A program made the translations under genes and the position numbers. DNA of 64,000 nucleotides from Polyangiales bacterium (GTDB taxonomy: Bacteria > Myxococcota_A > Polyangia > Polyangiales > JADJQN01), in the NCBI GenBank assembly GCA_964202905.1, contig CAXNJO010000003.1, positions 32,001 through 96,000 on the forward strand, given 5' to 3'. This document shows positions 34,462-43,150 of the stretch, in pieces (the first letter of the stretch is position 1; each line of letters opens with the position of its first letter). Under the pieces are notes generated by a model. That model searched no databases and was not told the origin of the DNA. It saw only the letters and a program-made list of their open reading frames with translations.

Positions 34462-37400
34462 CCGACAAGACCATGATATCCAAACACTTTTCGCGTATCG
34501 CCGCCGCACTCTCGATCACCGCGCTCGTCGGCGCGTCCTGCCTGCTCGCGCCGTCGCTCCGCGGCGACGAGCCCGCCGCACGCCGTCGCCCGCGTGCGCG
34601 CGCCGCAGCGCCGGCGTCCGGGGGGCCACTCGCGGTGACGATGGCGGGCGCGACCTGCGATGTCTGTGCGCCCGACCAGACGCGCATCTCGCTCGGCTTC
34701 ACCCAGCCGGTGCGCCCGTCGGACGTCGCCCGCGCGCTGCGCGTCTCGCCCGCGGTCGCGCTCCGGCCCACGGGCGACGACGCGCCGACGCACCACGTCA
34801 TGCTCGAGGGCGACTTCGCGGAGCGGCGCACCTACCACCTCACGCTGCCCGAGACGCTCCGCGCCGCGTCGGGGACCCCGCTCGCGGCGGCGCTCGCCTT
34901 CGCGGTCACGACCGGCGCGTGGACGCCCGTCGCGCGGATGCCGGTGGGCCAGGCCGTGCTCGCCGTCGACGCGCGCCTGCCCCTGCAGCTCGCGCACGTC
35001 CGCGGGGCGCGGCTGCGCGTCTTCCCGCTCGGCCCGGCCGATCTGAACGCGGCCGCCGCGATCACCGGGGTCAGCGGCGGCACGGTGGACCCCGTCACGC
35101 GCCTGCCCGCAGCGCTGCGCGCACGCGGCCGCACGCTGCGCCCGCGCCCCGAGGACGGCGACGCGCAGGGCGTGCAGGAGCTCGACGTGTTCGCGGCGGT
35201 CGGGCTCACCGGCGCGCACGCCGCACCCGTGCTCGCGGTGCTCGACGCGCAGGGCGCCGAGACGACGGCGACCGTCGTGCAGCGCGCGGAACACGGCGTC
35301 GTCCTCAAGGTGGGTCGCGCAGGCGGGCTCGTCTGGGTGACGGACGGCCGCACCGGAGAGCCCGTCGCGGGCGCCGACGTGGCGATCGCCGACGGCGCCG
35401 TCACCCGCTTTCGCGGCCGCACGAGGGCGGATGGCGTGCTGCTCCTGCCCGCGCGTGCGCGGCTCGAGCGCCCCGCCGCGGACCTCGCGCGGGAAGCCGC
35501 GCAGCGTGCCCGCGACGCGCGGCGCCGGGCCGCCATCCGACGCGCGGGGAACCGGGGCGGTGCACGCGCGGGCGGCGACGGCGCACAGCCCGCGGAGCGC
35601 GCGGAGGCGGAGGCGGAGGGCGGCGAGCTCGAGGGCGACGACATCGGCGACGGCGACTTCGAGGGGGACGGGGGCGCCGAGCGCCCACTCCGCGCGGTCG
35701 TCGTCGCCGGGGGGCGCACGTCGTTCGCGAGCACCGTCTTCGACGGCGGCGCCGAGCCGTGGCGGTTCACGTCGAACGGCCCGTGGAACGAGCCGGCCGT
35801 CGCGCTCCGCGGGATGGTCACCGCGGAGCGCGGAATCTACCGTCCCGGCGAGCCCGTCCACCTCCTCGGCGTGCTCCGCAAGCGGCTCCCGAGCGGATCC
35901 CTTTTGCCATCTCGCGGGATGGTGCAAGTGACCGTGACAGACCCCGACGGGAGCGAGGTGTGGCGGCGGGACGTCGCGCTCACGGCCTTCGGCACGTTCC
36001 GGCTCGAGGGCACCCTGCCCCGCGCGGCGCGCCTCGGCGGCTACGGCGTGTCGGTGCGCAAGGACGCCGCCGTGCTCTACGCGGGCTTCGAGGTGGGCGA
36101 GTACCGCGCGGCGAGCTTCGAGGTGACGCTCCCCTCGGCGGGCGCGGCCGAGCGCGACGCGACCGGCGACGTCGTGCTGCCCGTGCGCGCGGCCTACCTC
36201 TACGGCGCGCCCGTGCGCGGGGGGCGCGTGAGCTGGAGCGCATCGACGCGCGGGCGGAGCCCGTCGTTTCCGGGGCTCGCGTCGTTCACGTTCGGCGGCG
36301 ATCAGGGCGACGGCGCGGCCTTCTTGACGGGCGGCGAGCTCACGCTCGACGCAGCGGGCGCGGGCACCCTCCGCGTACCGGCCGCGTCCCTCACCGCCGC
36401 GCTCGCGGGCCCGGCACAGGCGGTCGATCTGCTCCTCGAGGCGACCGTGACCGACACGGCCGACGACACCTACGGCGCCCGCACGGTGCTCGCGCTCGCG
36501 CAGGCCCCCGTGCTCGTCGGCGTCGAGAGCGCGACGTACGCGGTGAACGCGAAGGAGGGCTGGGACGTGCGGATCGCGGCGGTCGACGCCCAGGGCGCGG
36601 CCGTGCGCGACCGGTCGCTCGTCGCGACGCTGGTGCGGAGCGTGTGGGAGAGCGCGGCCGAGGTGGGGCCGGGCGGACCGGCGTACCGCGTGCACCGCGT
36701 CGAGCGCGTGCTCGCGACGCGCACGCTGACGAGCGGGGACGCACCGCTGCGCGCGCATTTCGATCTGCCCGGCGGCGGCGAGTACCGCGTGGAGGTGCGT
36801 GCCGGGAGCGCCGTCGGCGCGGCGTCGCCGGGGCTCGCGGCGGTGAGCGCGTGGGCGTGGGGCGAGGGCGACGTGTCCGGGCCGCCGCGCGACGACGCGG
36901 GCGTCGAGGTCCGCGCCGACCGCGCGCACTACGCGCCGGGGGACACGGCGCGACTCGCGGTCGCGTCGCCGTACGCGCACGCGACCGCGCTCCTCACGCT
37001 CGAGCGCGAGGGCATCCTCGACGCGCGGGTCGTGCCGCTCGACGGCGCCGGCACGCCGCTGACGGTGCGCCTCGAGGACGCGCACCTCCCGAACGTGTAC
37101 GCAGCGGTCACGCTCGTGCCGCGCGGGCACGACGGCGCGGCCCCCGCCGCGGGCGCGCCGGTGAAGTTCGGGATGACGACGCTCACGGTGAGCGCGGAGT
37201 CGCGGCGCCTCTCGGTCGCGGTGACGCCGACGCGCGCGGCGCTGCGCCCCGGCGACACCGCCGAGGTCGAGGTGCGCGTGCGCGACGCCGCGGGCCGCCC
37301 CGCGCGCGCCGAAGTGACGCTCTGGGCCGCCGACGAGGGCGTGCTCGCGCTCACGGGCTACGCGACGCCCGACCCCTTCGCGCCCGCGTGGGCGCCGCAC

Positions 37401-39602
37401 CCGCACGCGGTCGCGAGCGCGTCGAACTACCTGCGCTGGTGCACGCGCGCCCCCGACGACTGGGACGACGGCGGCGTCGGCGACGCGGGGCCGGGCGAGG
37501 CCGCCGGCGCCGCGCTGCGCTCGCGCTTCCTCTCGACCGCCTTCTTCTCGCGCCCCGTGGTCACCGACGCGCGCGGCCTCGCCCGCGTGCGCTTCCCGCT
37601 GCCCGACAACCTCACCCGCTGGCGCGTGATCGCGGCCGTCGCGGACGAGGGCGAGCGCTTCGGCAAGGGCGAAGCGGCGATCCGCACGAGCAAGCCGCTC
37701 CAGGTCACGCCCTCGCTCCCGCGCTTTCTCACGCAGGGCGACGTCGTCGACGCGGGCGCCGTCGTGCACGACGCGACGGGCGTCGCGGGGCCGGTCGAGG
37801 TGCGCTTCGAGGTGCGCGGCGCGACGCTCCTCGGCGCGGCCGTGCAGCGCGTGGACGTCCCCGCCGACGGGCAGGTGGCGGTGCGCGTGCCGCTCCGCGC
37901 GACCAGTGTGGGCGACGTCGTCGTGCAGGTGCGCGTCGCCAAGCGCGGCGAGCAGGACGGCTTCGCGCTCACGCTGCCCGCGCACGCGCCGACCGGATGG
38001 CAATCGACGATCCTCGCCGATGGAATCCTCGGAGATGGTAACACCGAAGGAAGCGCGCGCGTCCCGGTCCCGCTCCCGGCGGGCGTCGCCGACGGGAACG
38101 CCGAGCTCGTCGTGACCTACGCGCCGAGCGTGCTCGCGTCGATCGAGTCCGGCATCGAGGCGCTCGTCGAGTACCCGAACGGCTGCGTCGAACAGACGAC
38201 GTCGGGCCTCATCCCGCTCGTGCTCCTCGAGGACCTGGTGCGCGGGCTGGGCAGCGCGCGCTTCGACGGCCCGGCGCATCGCGCGCGCATGGAGCAGGCG
38301 CTCCTGCACGTCCTCGCGCACCAGAACGACGACGGCGGCTTCGGGCTCTGGCCGAGCAGCGAGAGCGAGGGCTTCCTCACGGCGTACGCGCTCTGGGGCC
38401 TCTTGATCGCGCGCGACCACGGCTACGAGGTGCCGCGCCCGCGCGTCGAGGCGGGCCTCGCCTACCTGCTCGCGCACCGCGGCGAGAGCCACGACATGCA
38501 CGGGCAGTTCTCGAACCGCGAGACGGCGACCTTCTCCGCCTTCGTGCTCGCGTACGCGCAGCGCGACGACCGCGGGCTCGGCGCGCAGCTCCGCGAGGGG
38601 CGCGCGGGGCTCAGCCGCTTCGGGCTCGGCCTGCTCGCGACGGCGATCGAGCGCCGCGAGGCGCACGCCACCGAGCTGCTCGGCGAGCTCGAGGGGGCCC
38701 GCACCGCACGCGCGGGCGGCGGCGCGCTCATCGCCGATCCGCGCGCCGACGCGGGCTTCATGCAGTTCGGGCGCGAGCTCCGCGCGACGGGCAGCGCGGT
38801 GCAGGCGCTCGTCGCCGCGGGCCGCACGCGCGAGGCCGGGGACCTCGTCACGGGCATCCTCGCGGAGCGCCGCGCGGACGGCACGTGGGGCACGACCTAC
38901 AACAATTTGTGGGCGATCACCGCGCTCTCCGCGTACGCGGCGTCCACGCCCCCGTCCGCCTCGGCGCCCACCGTGGTCGTCCGGCTCGACGGTCGCGAGG
39001 TCGGGCGCACGCGCTTCAGCGGCCGCGGCGGCCTCGAGACGGTGCGCGTGCCGTACGCCGCGCTCGTCCGCCCCGATGGCCTCCCGCGCGCGCTCGAGCT
39101 GAGCGCGACGCCCGGGGCCGACGTCCGCTACACGGCGCGCCTCCGCTACAGCGTCGACCTCGCGCACCAGCGCCCCGCGTCCGAGGGCCTCGCGGTCGAG
39201 CGCGCGCTCGTCGACGCGGAGACCGGCGCGCCCGTGACGTCGCCGCGGCTCGGCCAGCTGCTGCGCGTCCGGCTCACGCTCCGCTCGACGGAGGACCGCG
39301 AGCAGGTCGCGCTCACCGACCGCCTCCCCGCCGGGCTCGAGCCGATCGACACCCGCCTCGTGACGGAGCAGCAGCGCATCGAGGCCGCGGGCGACGCGTG
39401 GGTCTGGCAGTGGCGCGAGCTGCACGACGAGCGCGTCGCCTTCTTCGCCGACCATCTGCCCGCGGGCACCCACCACGCGGAGTACCTCGTGCGCGCGACG
39501 CGCAGCGGCGAGTTCGTGCGCCCCGCGGCGAGCGCCGAGGCGATGTACGACCCCGACGTCCACGCCCGCGGCGCGACGGAGCGCGTCGCGATCGTGCGCT
39601 GA
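34458..39602 (+). CDS. Bacterial alpha-2-macroglobulin (YfhM-like)
   Basis: MG2 'ERGIYRPGEPVH', 'LPDNLTRWR', thioester motif PNGCVEQ (38184-38195), 'QNDDGGFGLW', C-terminal 'AEAMYDP'; ~1714 aa. Confidence 0.93.
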   Translation: MTDKTMISKHFSRIAAALSITALVGASCLLAPSLRGDEPAARRRPRARAAAPASGGPLAVTMAGATCDVCAPDQTRISLGFTQPVRPSDVARALRVSPAVALRPTGDDAPTHHVMLEGDFAERRTYHLTLPETLRAASGTPLAAALAFAVTTGAWTPVARMPVGQAVLAVDARLPLQLAHVRGARLRVFPLGPADLNAAAAITGVSGGTVDPVTRLPAALRARGRTLRPRPEDGDAQGVQELDVFAAVGLTGAHAAPVLAVLDAQGAETTATVVQRAEHGVVLKVGRAGGLVWVTDGRTGEPVAGADVAIADGAVTRFRGRTRADGVLLLPARARLERPAADLAREAAQRARDARRRAAIRRAGNRGGARAGGDGAQPAERAEAEAEGGELEGDDIGDGDFEGDGGAERPLRAVVVAGGRTSFASTVFDGGAEPWRFTSNGPWNEPAVALRGMVTAERGIYRPGEPVHLLGVLRKRLPSGSLLPSRGMVQVTVTDPDGSEVWRRDVALTAFGTFRLEGTLPRAARLGGYGVSVRKDAAVLYAGFEVGEYRAASFEVTLPSAGAAERDATGDVVLPVRAAYLYGAPVRGGRVSWSASTRGRSPSFPGLASFTFGGDQGDGAAFLTGGELTLDAAGAGTLRVPAASLTAALAGPAQAVDLLLEATVTDTADDTYGARTVLALAQAPVLVGVESATYAVNAKEGWDVRIAAVDAQGAAVRDRSLVATLVRSVWESAAEVGPGGPAYRVHRVERVLATRTLTSGDAPLRAHFDLPGGGEYRVEVRAGSAVGAASPGLAAVSAWAWGEGDVSGPPRDDAGVEVRADRAHYAPGDTARLAVASPYAHATALLTLEREGILDARVVPLDGAGTPLTVRLEDAHLPNVYAAVTLVPRGHDGAAPAAGAPVKFGMTTLTVSAESRRLSVAVTPTRAALRPGDTAEVEVRVRDAAGRPARAEVTLWAADEGVLALTGYATPDPFAPAWAPHPHAVASASNYLRWCTRAPDDWDDGGVGDAGPGEAAGAALRSRFLSTAFFSRPVVTDARGLARVRFPLPDNLTRWRVIAAVADEGERFGKGEAAIRTSKPLQVTPSLPRFLTQGDVVDAGAVVHDATGVAGPVEVRFEVRGATLLGAAVQRVDVPADGQVAVRVPLRATSVGDVVVQVRVAKRGEQDGFALTLPAHAPTGWQSTILADGILGDGNTEGSARVPVPLPAGVADGNAELVVTYAPSVLASIESGIEALVEYPNGCVEQTTSGLIPLVLLEDLVRGLGSARFDGPAHRARMEQALLHVLAHQNDDGGFGLWPSSESEGFLTAYALWGLLIARDHGYEVPRPRVEAGLAYLLAHRGESHDMHGQFSNRETATFSAFVLAYAQRDDRGLGAQLREGRAGLSRFGLGLLATAIERREAHATELLGELEGARTARAGGGALIADPRADAGFMQFGRELRATGSAVQALVAAGRTREAGDLVTGILAERRADGTWGTTYNNLWAITALSAYAASTPPSASAPTVVVRLDGREVGRTRFSGRGGLETVRVPYAALVRPDGLPRALELSATPGADVRYTARLRYSVDLAHQRPASEGLAVERALVDAETGAPVTSPRLGQLLRVRLTLRSTEDREQVALTDRLPAGLEPIDTRLVTEQQRIEAAGDAWVWQWRELHDERVAFFADHLPAGTHHAEYLVRATRSGEFVRPAASAEAMYDPDVHARGATERVAIVR

Positions 39603-39655
39603 CGCCGGTCAGTGCGCTGCGCGCGAAGGCGAGTCGGCCTCCGCGCGCGCGCGCC

Positions 39656-41533
39656 TCAGATGAAATCGGGCGTGCAGACGCCGCCGCTGCAGAACTCGCC
39701 CACGCCGCACTGCGTGTCCTCGGTGCAGCCCATGCGCTCGACGCGCGTGACCCACTGCGCGACGTGGTTGCCGCTCTCGATGTCCTGGAAGGGCAGGCGG
39801 AACGCGGGCGACGACGGCTCCGCGCCCGCGCGCGCCGCCGCCGGATCGAACGCCGTCATCCAAAGCTGCACCTTCGCGTCGCGCCCGTAGCGCAGGCCGT
39901 ACGCGCGGCGGCTCGACCACGTGAGCCAGAAGAGCGTGCGCCCGCGATCGAGGTACGAGGTCGGGTCCCACTTCACCCACGTGTCCGCGAGCCCACCGGC
40001 GGCCGCGAGCTGCAGCGTGAGGCCCGAGCGATCCGTCGCGACGACCCAGATCTCCGCGTCCGCCACACCGCCCATCATCATCGACGAGTCCCCGCCCGCG
40101 GAGTTCGTGTTCGACGGCGAGCGGTTGAACACGACCCACTGCGCGTCGGGCGAGTAGGCGGGATAGAAGTTGTTCTCGGTCCCCGTGCGCGCGAGCAGCG
40201 GCTGATCCGTCCAGACCCCGGCGCCATCGCGCACGAGCTCGTGCAGGCTGCCGCTCGACACGCCGAGCGCGTCGTAGATCAGCCCCACGGGCGCGGGCTC
40301 CGCCGACTTCGTGTAGACGATGCGGTCGCCGAGGGGCGACCAGTCGGGGTGCGTCGCGCCCGCGCCGCCGAGCATCCCCGTGAGCACCGCGCCCGTCGCC
40401 GGATCGCGCAGGTCGAGGCCCGTCGTCGCGCTCGTCACGAGCTGCGACGAGTCCGGCGAGAACGACGCGAAGTTCGGCTGCGCCGGGAAGAAACCGCCGC
40501 CGAGCGAGAAGACCCGCGTCCGCGTCGCGATGTCGTAGACCTGAAAGGTGCTCGTCGGGATGTCGAGTCCGACCGAGATGCGACGACCATCACGCGAGAG
40601 GGTGTGGCATCCGACGCAGGTGGTCGCGCCCGTGCGCGCGCGGTCGAGGAAGGTCTCCGGACGCGCGCCGCGGATGCCGAAGTCGTAGCGCATGATCGCG
40701 CCGCCCCCGGCGTTCCAGTAGTAGAGGCCGCCGGTGATGTCTTCCTCCGTGAAGCTCAGATCGCGCGCGGCGCTCGCGCCCACGCCGCCGCCCCCGTTCG
40801 TCGCGCGGAGCGTGTAGGTGATCGGCCCCGTCCCCCGCGCGGCCATCGCGATCGCCGACCACACCGCCGCGTCGGGCGTGTAGATGCAGCCGCCGCCGAC
40901 GCTCTCCGGGCAGGTGAAATAGACCTTCAGCTCGAGCGCGCTCGACATGAACGCGAGCTCGAAGAGGTCGCCGCGCGAGCGGAAGTGGAACTCGAGCTCC
41001 TGCAGGTTCGGCGGCACGACCGTGCCGTCGTCGGGGTAGACGAGCTCGGGCGCGAGGCCCGCGTCCGCAGGGCCGCCGAAGCGCGCGGGCGCATCCGCGG
41101 GGGTGCCTTCGACGACGATCACGCGCTGTCCGCGCAGCGTCAGCGAGGTCGTCCCGCGCTGCGAGCCGAGCTGCGCGAACACGTTGGTGCGCCCGCCGCG
41201 ATCGACCGCGGAGGTGAACTGCGCGCCCGCGAAGCCGCCGAGATCCGCGACGCTCGTCGTCCAGGTCGCCTCCGTCGTCACCTCGCGCTCGCGCCCGTCC
41301 GACTGCGTGAGGAAGGCGCGGTAGTCGAGCTCGGCGGGCACGCCCGGCGCGAGCGTCACGACCTGATCGGTCGGTTCGATCCGCAGGTCGGAGAGCCCGG
41401 TCATGTCGCCGCCATCCGGCCCCGCGTCCGCGCCGCCGCCCCCGCCGGGACGGTCGGAGGTCGTCGTGCAGGCCGCGACCACGGCGAGCACCAGCGCGAG
41501 CGAGCAGAGCGGGGCGGACGGGCGAAGACGCAA
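39656..41533 (-). CDS. Lipoprotein with TolB/PD40-like beta-propeller and one CxxCH motif
   Basis: Lipobox 'VVAAC'; 'PDWSPLG', 'PAYSPDA', 'SFSPDS' repeats; CVGCH; GGAGG before TTG 41533. Confidence 0.75.
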   Translation of the reverse strand: MRLRPSAPLCSLALVLAVVAACTTTSDRPGGGGGADAGPDGGDMTGLSDLRIEPTDQVVTLAPGVPAELDYRAFLTQSDGREREVTTEATWTTSVADLGGFAGAQFTSAVDRGGRTNVFAQLGSQRGTTSLTLRGQRVIVVEGTPADAPARFGGPADAGLAPELVYPDDGTVVPPNLQELEFHFRSRGDLFELAFMSSALELKVYFTCPESVGGGCIYTPDAAVWSAIAMAARGTGPITYTLRATNGGGGVGASAARDLSFTEEDITGGLYYWNAGGGAIMRYDFGIRGARPETFLDRARTGATTCVGCHTLSRDGRRISVGLDIPTSTFQVYDIATRTRVFSLGGGFFPAQPNFASFSPDSSQLVTSATTGLDLRDPATGAVLTGMLGGAGATHPDWSPLGDRIVYTKSAEPAPVGLIYDALGVSSGSLHELVRDGAGVWTDQPLLARTGTENNFYPAYSPDAQWVVFNRSPSNTNSAGGDSSMMMGGVADAEIWVVATDRSGLTLQLAAAGGLADTWVKWDPTSYLDRGRTLFWLTWSSRRAYGLRYGRDAKVQLWMTAFDPAAARAGAEPSSPAFRLPFQDIESGNHVAQWVTRVERMGCTEDTQCGVGEFCSGGVCTPDFI

Positions 41534-41627
41534 GGGGACCTCCGGGGGGAGGCGCGAGCGTAGGAGGCCCGGGCCGCGCGCCGCAAGCCCCGGCGCGCAC
41601 CGCACGCCGGAGAGCGACGCGTGGCCG

Positions 41628-42962
41628 CTACGGCGCCGGCTTCGTCGGGTCGCCGAGCGTCTGGTTCAGCCGCACCGCCTCGCGGACCCACGCCGTGAAG
41701 CGCTCCTCCCGCACGTCGGTGGGCGACCAGAGGTTGAAGTGCCGCATCGGCCCGTCACCCGCGCCCGCGAGGAGCTTCTCCGGGTCTTCGAGGCTCGCGC
41801 CGCGCCAGAACCCGAGCCGCACGATGTGTCGCTCCGCGAGCACGTAGGCGAACGGGCCGTTGTGCTCGTAGACCGCGCGCCCCCACTTCACCGTGCCCGC
41901 CGCCGTCGGCGCGATCTCCGCGATCATCTGGCAGAGGTGCGTGACGACCACCCCGCGCCAATCGGCGATCTCGCGCGCGTACGCCTCGATCGCGGGACCG
42001 AGCGGCGGCGCGTTGACCCGCGGCACGAGCGCCTGCGGCTTCGGCGGCGCGGGCCGGGGGGGCACCAACCGCGAGGCGCCGTGCTTCGCAGCCCCTGCGC
42101 GGAGCGGACTCGCCTTCTTGGCGTCCGTCGCGGCGGGCTTCTGCGCGGAGGCTGCCTGCGCCGCGGGCTCCGCCGCGGGCGCAGGGGCCGCGACCGCCAC
42201 GGTGGGGGGCGGGGCCTTCTTCGCCGACGTCGACGCGGCCTTCGCGAGGGGGGACGGCGCGGCCGGCGACGGCGCCTTCTCGGCGACCTTCTCAGCGACC
42301 TTCGCAGCCGGCTTTGCAGAAGGCTTCGCGGGAGAATTCGGGGCGATCGGAGCGGACTTCGACGTCGGCTTCGCGGCCGGCTTCGGCGTCGCCTTCGTCG
42401 CCTTCGACGCCTTCGCGGCCGACTTCGGCGCCGACTTCGGCGCAACCTTCGACGCCTTCGCGGCGGCCTTCGGCGCCGACTTCGGCGCAACCTTCGACGC
42501 CTTCGCGGCGGCCTTCGCGGCCGACTTCGGCGCCGCCTTCGGCGCAACCTTCGACGACTTCGCGGCGGCTTCGCGGCCGACTTCGGCGGCCGGCTTCGGC
42601 GCCACCTTCGACGACTTCGCGGCGGCCTTCGCGGCCGGCTTCGGCGCCACCTTCGACGACTTCGCGGCGGCCTTCGCGGCCGGCTTCGGCGCCACCTTCG
42701 ACGACTTCGCGGCGGCCTTCGCGGCCGGCTTCGGCGCCACCTTCGACGACTTCGCGGCGGCCTTCGCGGCCGGCTTCGGCGCCACCTTCGACGACTTCGC
42801 GGCGGCCTTCGCGGCCGGCTTCGGCGCCACCTTCCCCGATGGCCTCGCGACGGGTTTCGGCGGCTTCGACGCCGTTTTCCCGGCCCCCTTCGACGCGGAC
42901 GTCGCAGCGGACTTCGTCTTGGGGATCGTCGTCACGCGGGCGGGCTTCCCGGGCTTCGCCAT
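41628..42962 (-). CDS. Histone H1-like Lys/Ala/Pro-repeat protein fused to a C-terminal DUF1801 (YdhG-like) domain
   Basis: (KVAPKPAAKAAAKSS)n; C-terminal 'VKWGRAVY...VRLGFWRGASLEDP..LL.G.G..MRH...WVREAV.LN'; AAAGGAG SD. Confidence 0.8.
   Translation of the reverse strand: MAKPGKPARVTTIPKTKSAATSASKGAGKTASKPPKPVARPSGKVAPKPAAKAAAKSSKVAPKPAAKAAAKSSKVAPKPAAKAAAKSSKVAPKPAAKAAAKSSKVAPKPAAKAAAKSSKVAPKPAAEVGREAAAKSSKVAPKAAPKSAAKAAAKASKVAPKSAPKAAAKASKVAPKSAPKSAAKASKATKATPKPAAKPTSKSAPIAPNSPAKPSAKPAAKVAEKVAEKAPSPAAPSPLAKAASTSAKKAPPPTVAVAAPAPAAEPAAQAASAQKPAATDAKKASPLRAGAAKHGASRLVPPRPAPPKPQALVPRVNAPPLGPAIEAYAREIADWRGVVVTHLCQMIAEIAPTAAGTVKWGRAVYEHNGPFAYVLAERHIVRLGFWRGASLEDPEKLLAGAGDGPMRHFNLWSPTDVREERFTAWVREAVRLNQTLGDPTKPAP
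42601..42825. repeat. Five perfect 45-bp coding tandem repeats, with degenerate copies down to ~42400
   Basis: Unit GCCACCTTCGACGACTTCGCGGCGGCCTTCGCGGCCGGCTTCGGC at 42601, 42646, 42691, 42736 and 42781. Confidence 0.95.
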
Positions 42963-43035
42963 CTCTCGCTCCTTTCGGCGGTGCAGCGCGCGTACACTAC
43001 ACCGATTGGCCGCGGCACCGGTGCCGAATCCGGGC

Positions 43036-43063
43036 CGCGCACGAATCGTGACGTTCGTGCGCG
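43036..43063. promoter_or_regulatory. Spaced inverted repeat CGCGCACGAA-N8-TTCGTGCGCG in a divergent intergenic region
   Basis: Perfect 10-bp arms between divergent genes; function inferred only. Confidence 0.35.
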
Positions 43064-43150
43064 TCGCGCACGCGAACCGTTGCGCTTCGGCCCGGGATCG
43101 CGCTAACCGTCGGGGCGGCGTCCCGTTGCGCCGTCCCGAGGAGCCTCCGC

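Noticed and set aside
33804..39563. 1919-aa minus-strand ORF and many similar long overlapping ORFs
   Set aside because: Stop-poor shadow frames expected at this GC content; Arg/Ala-rich with no motifs.
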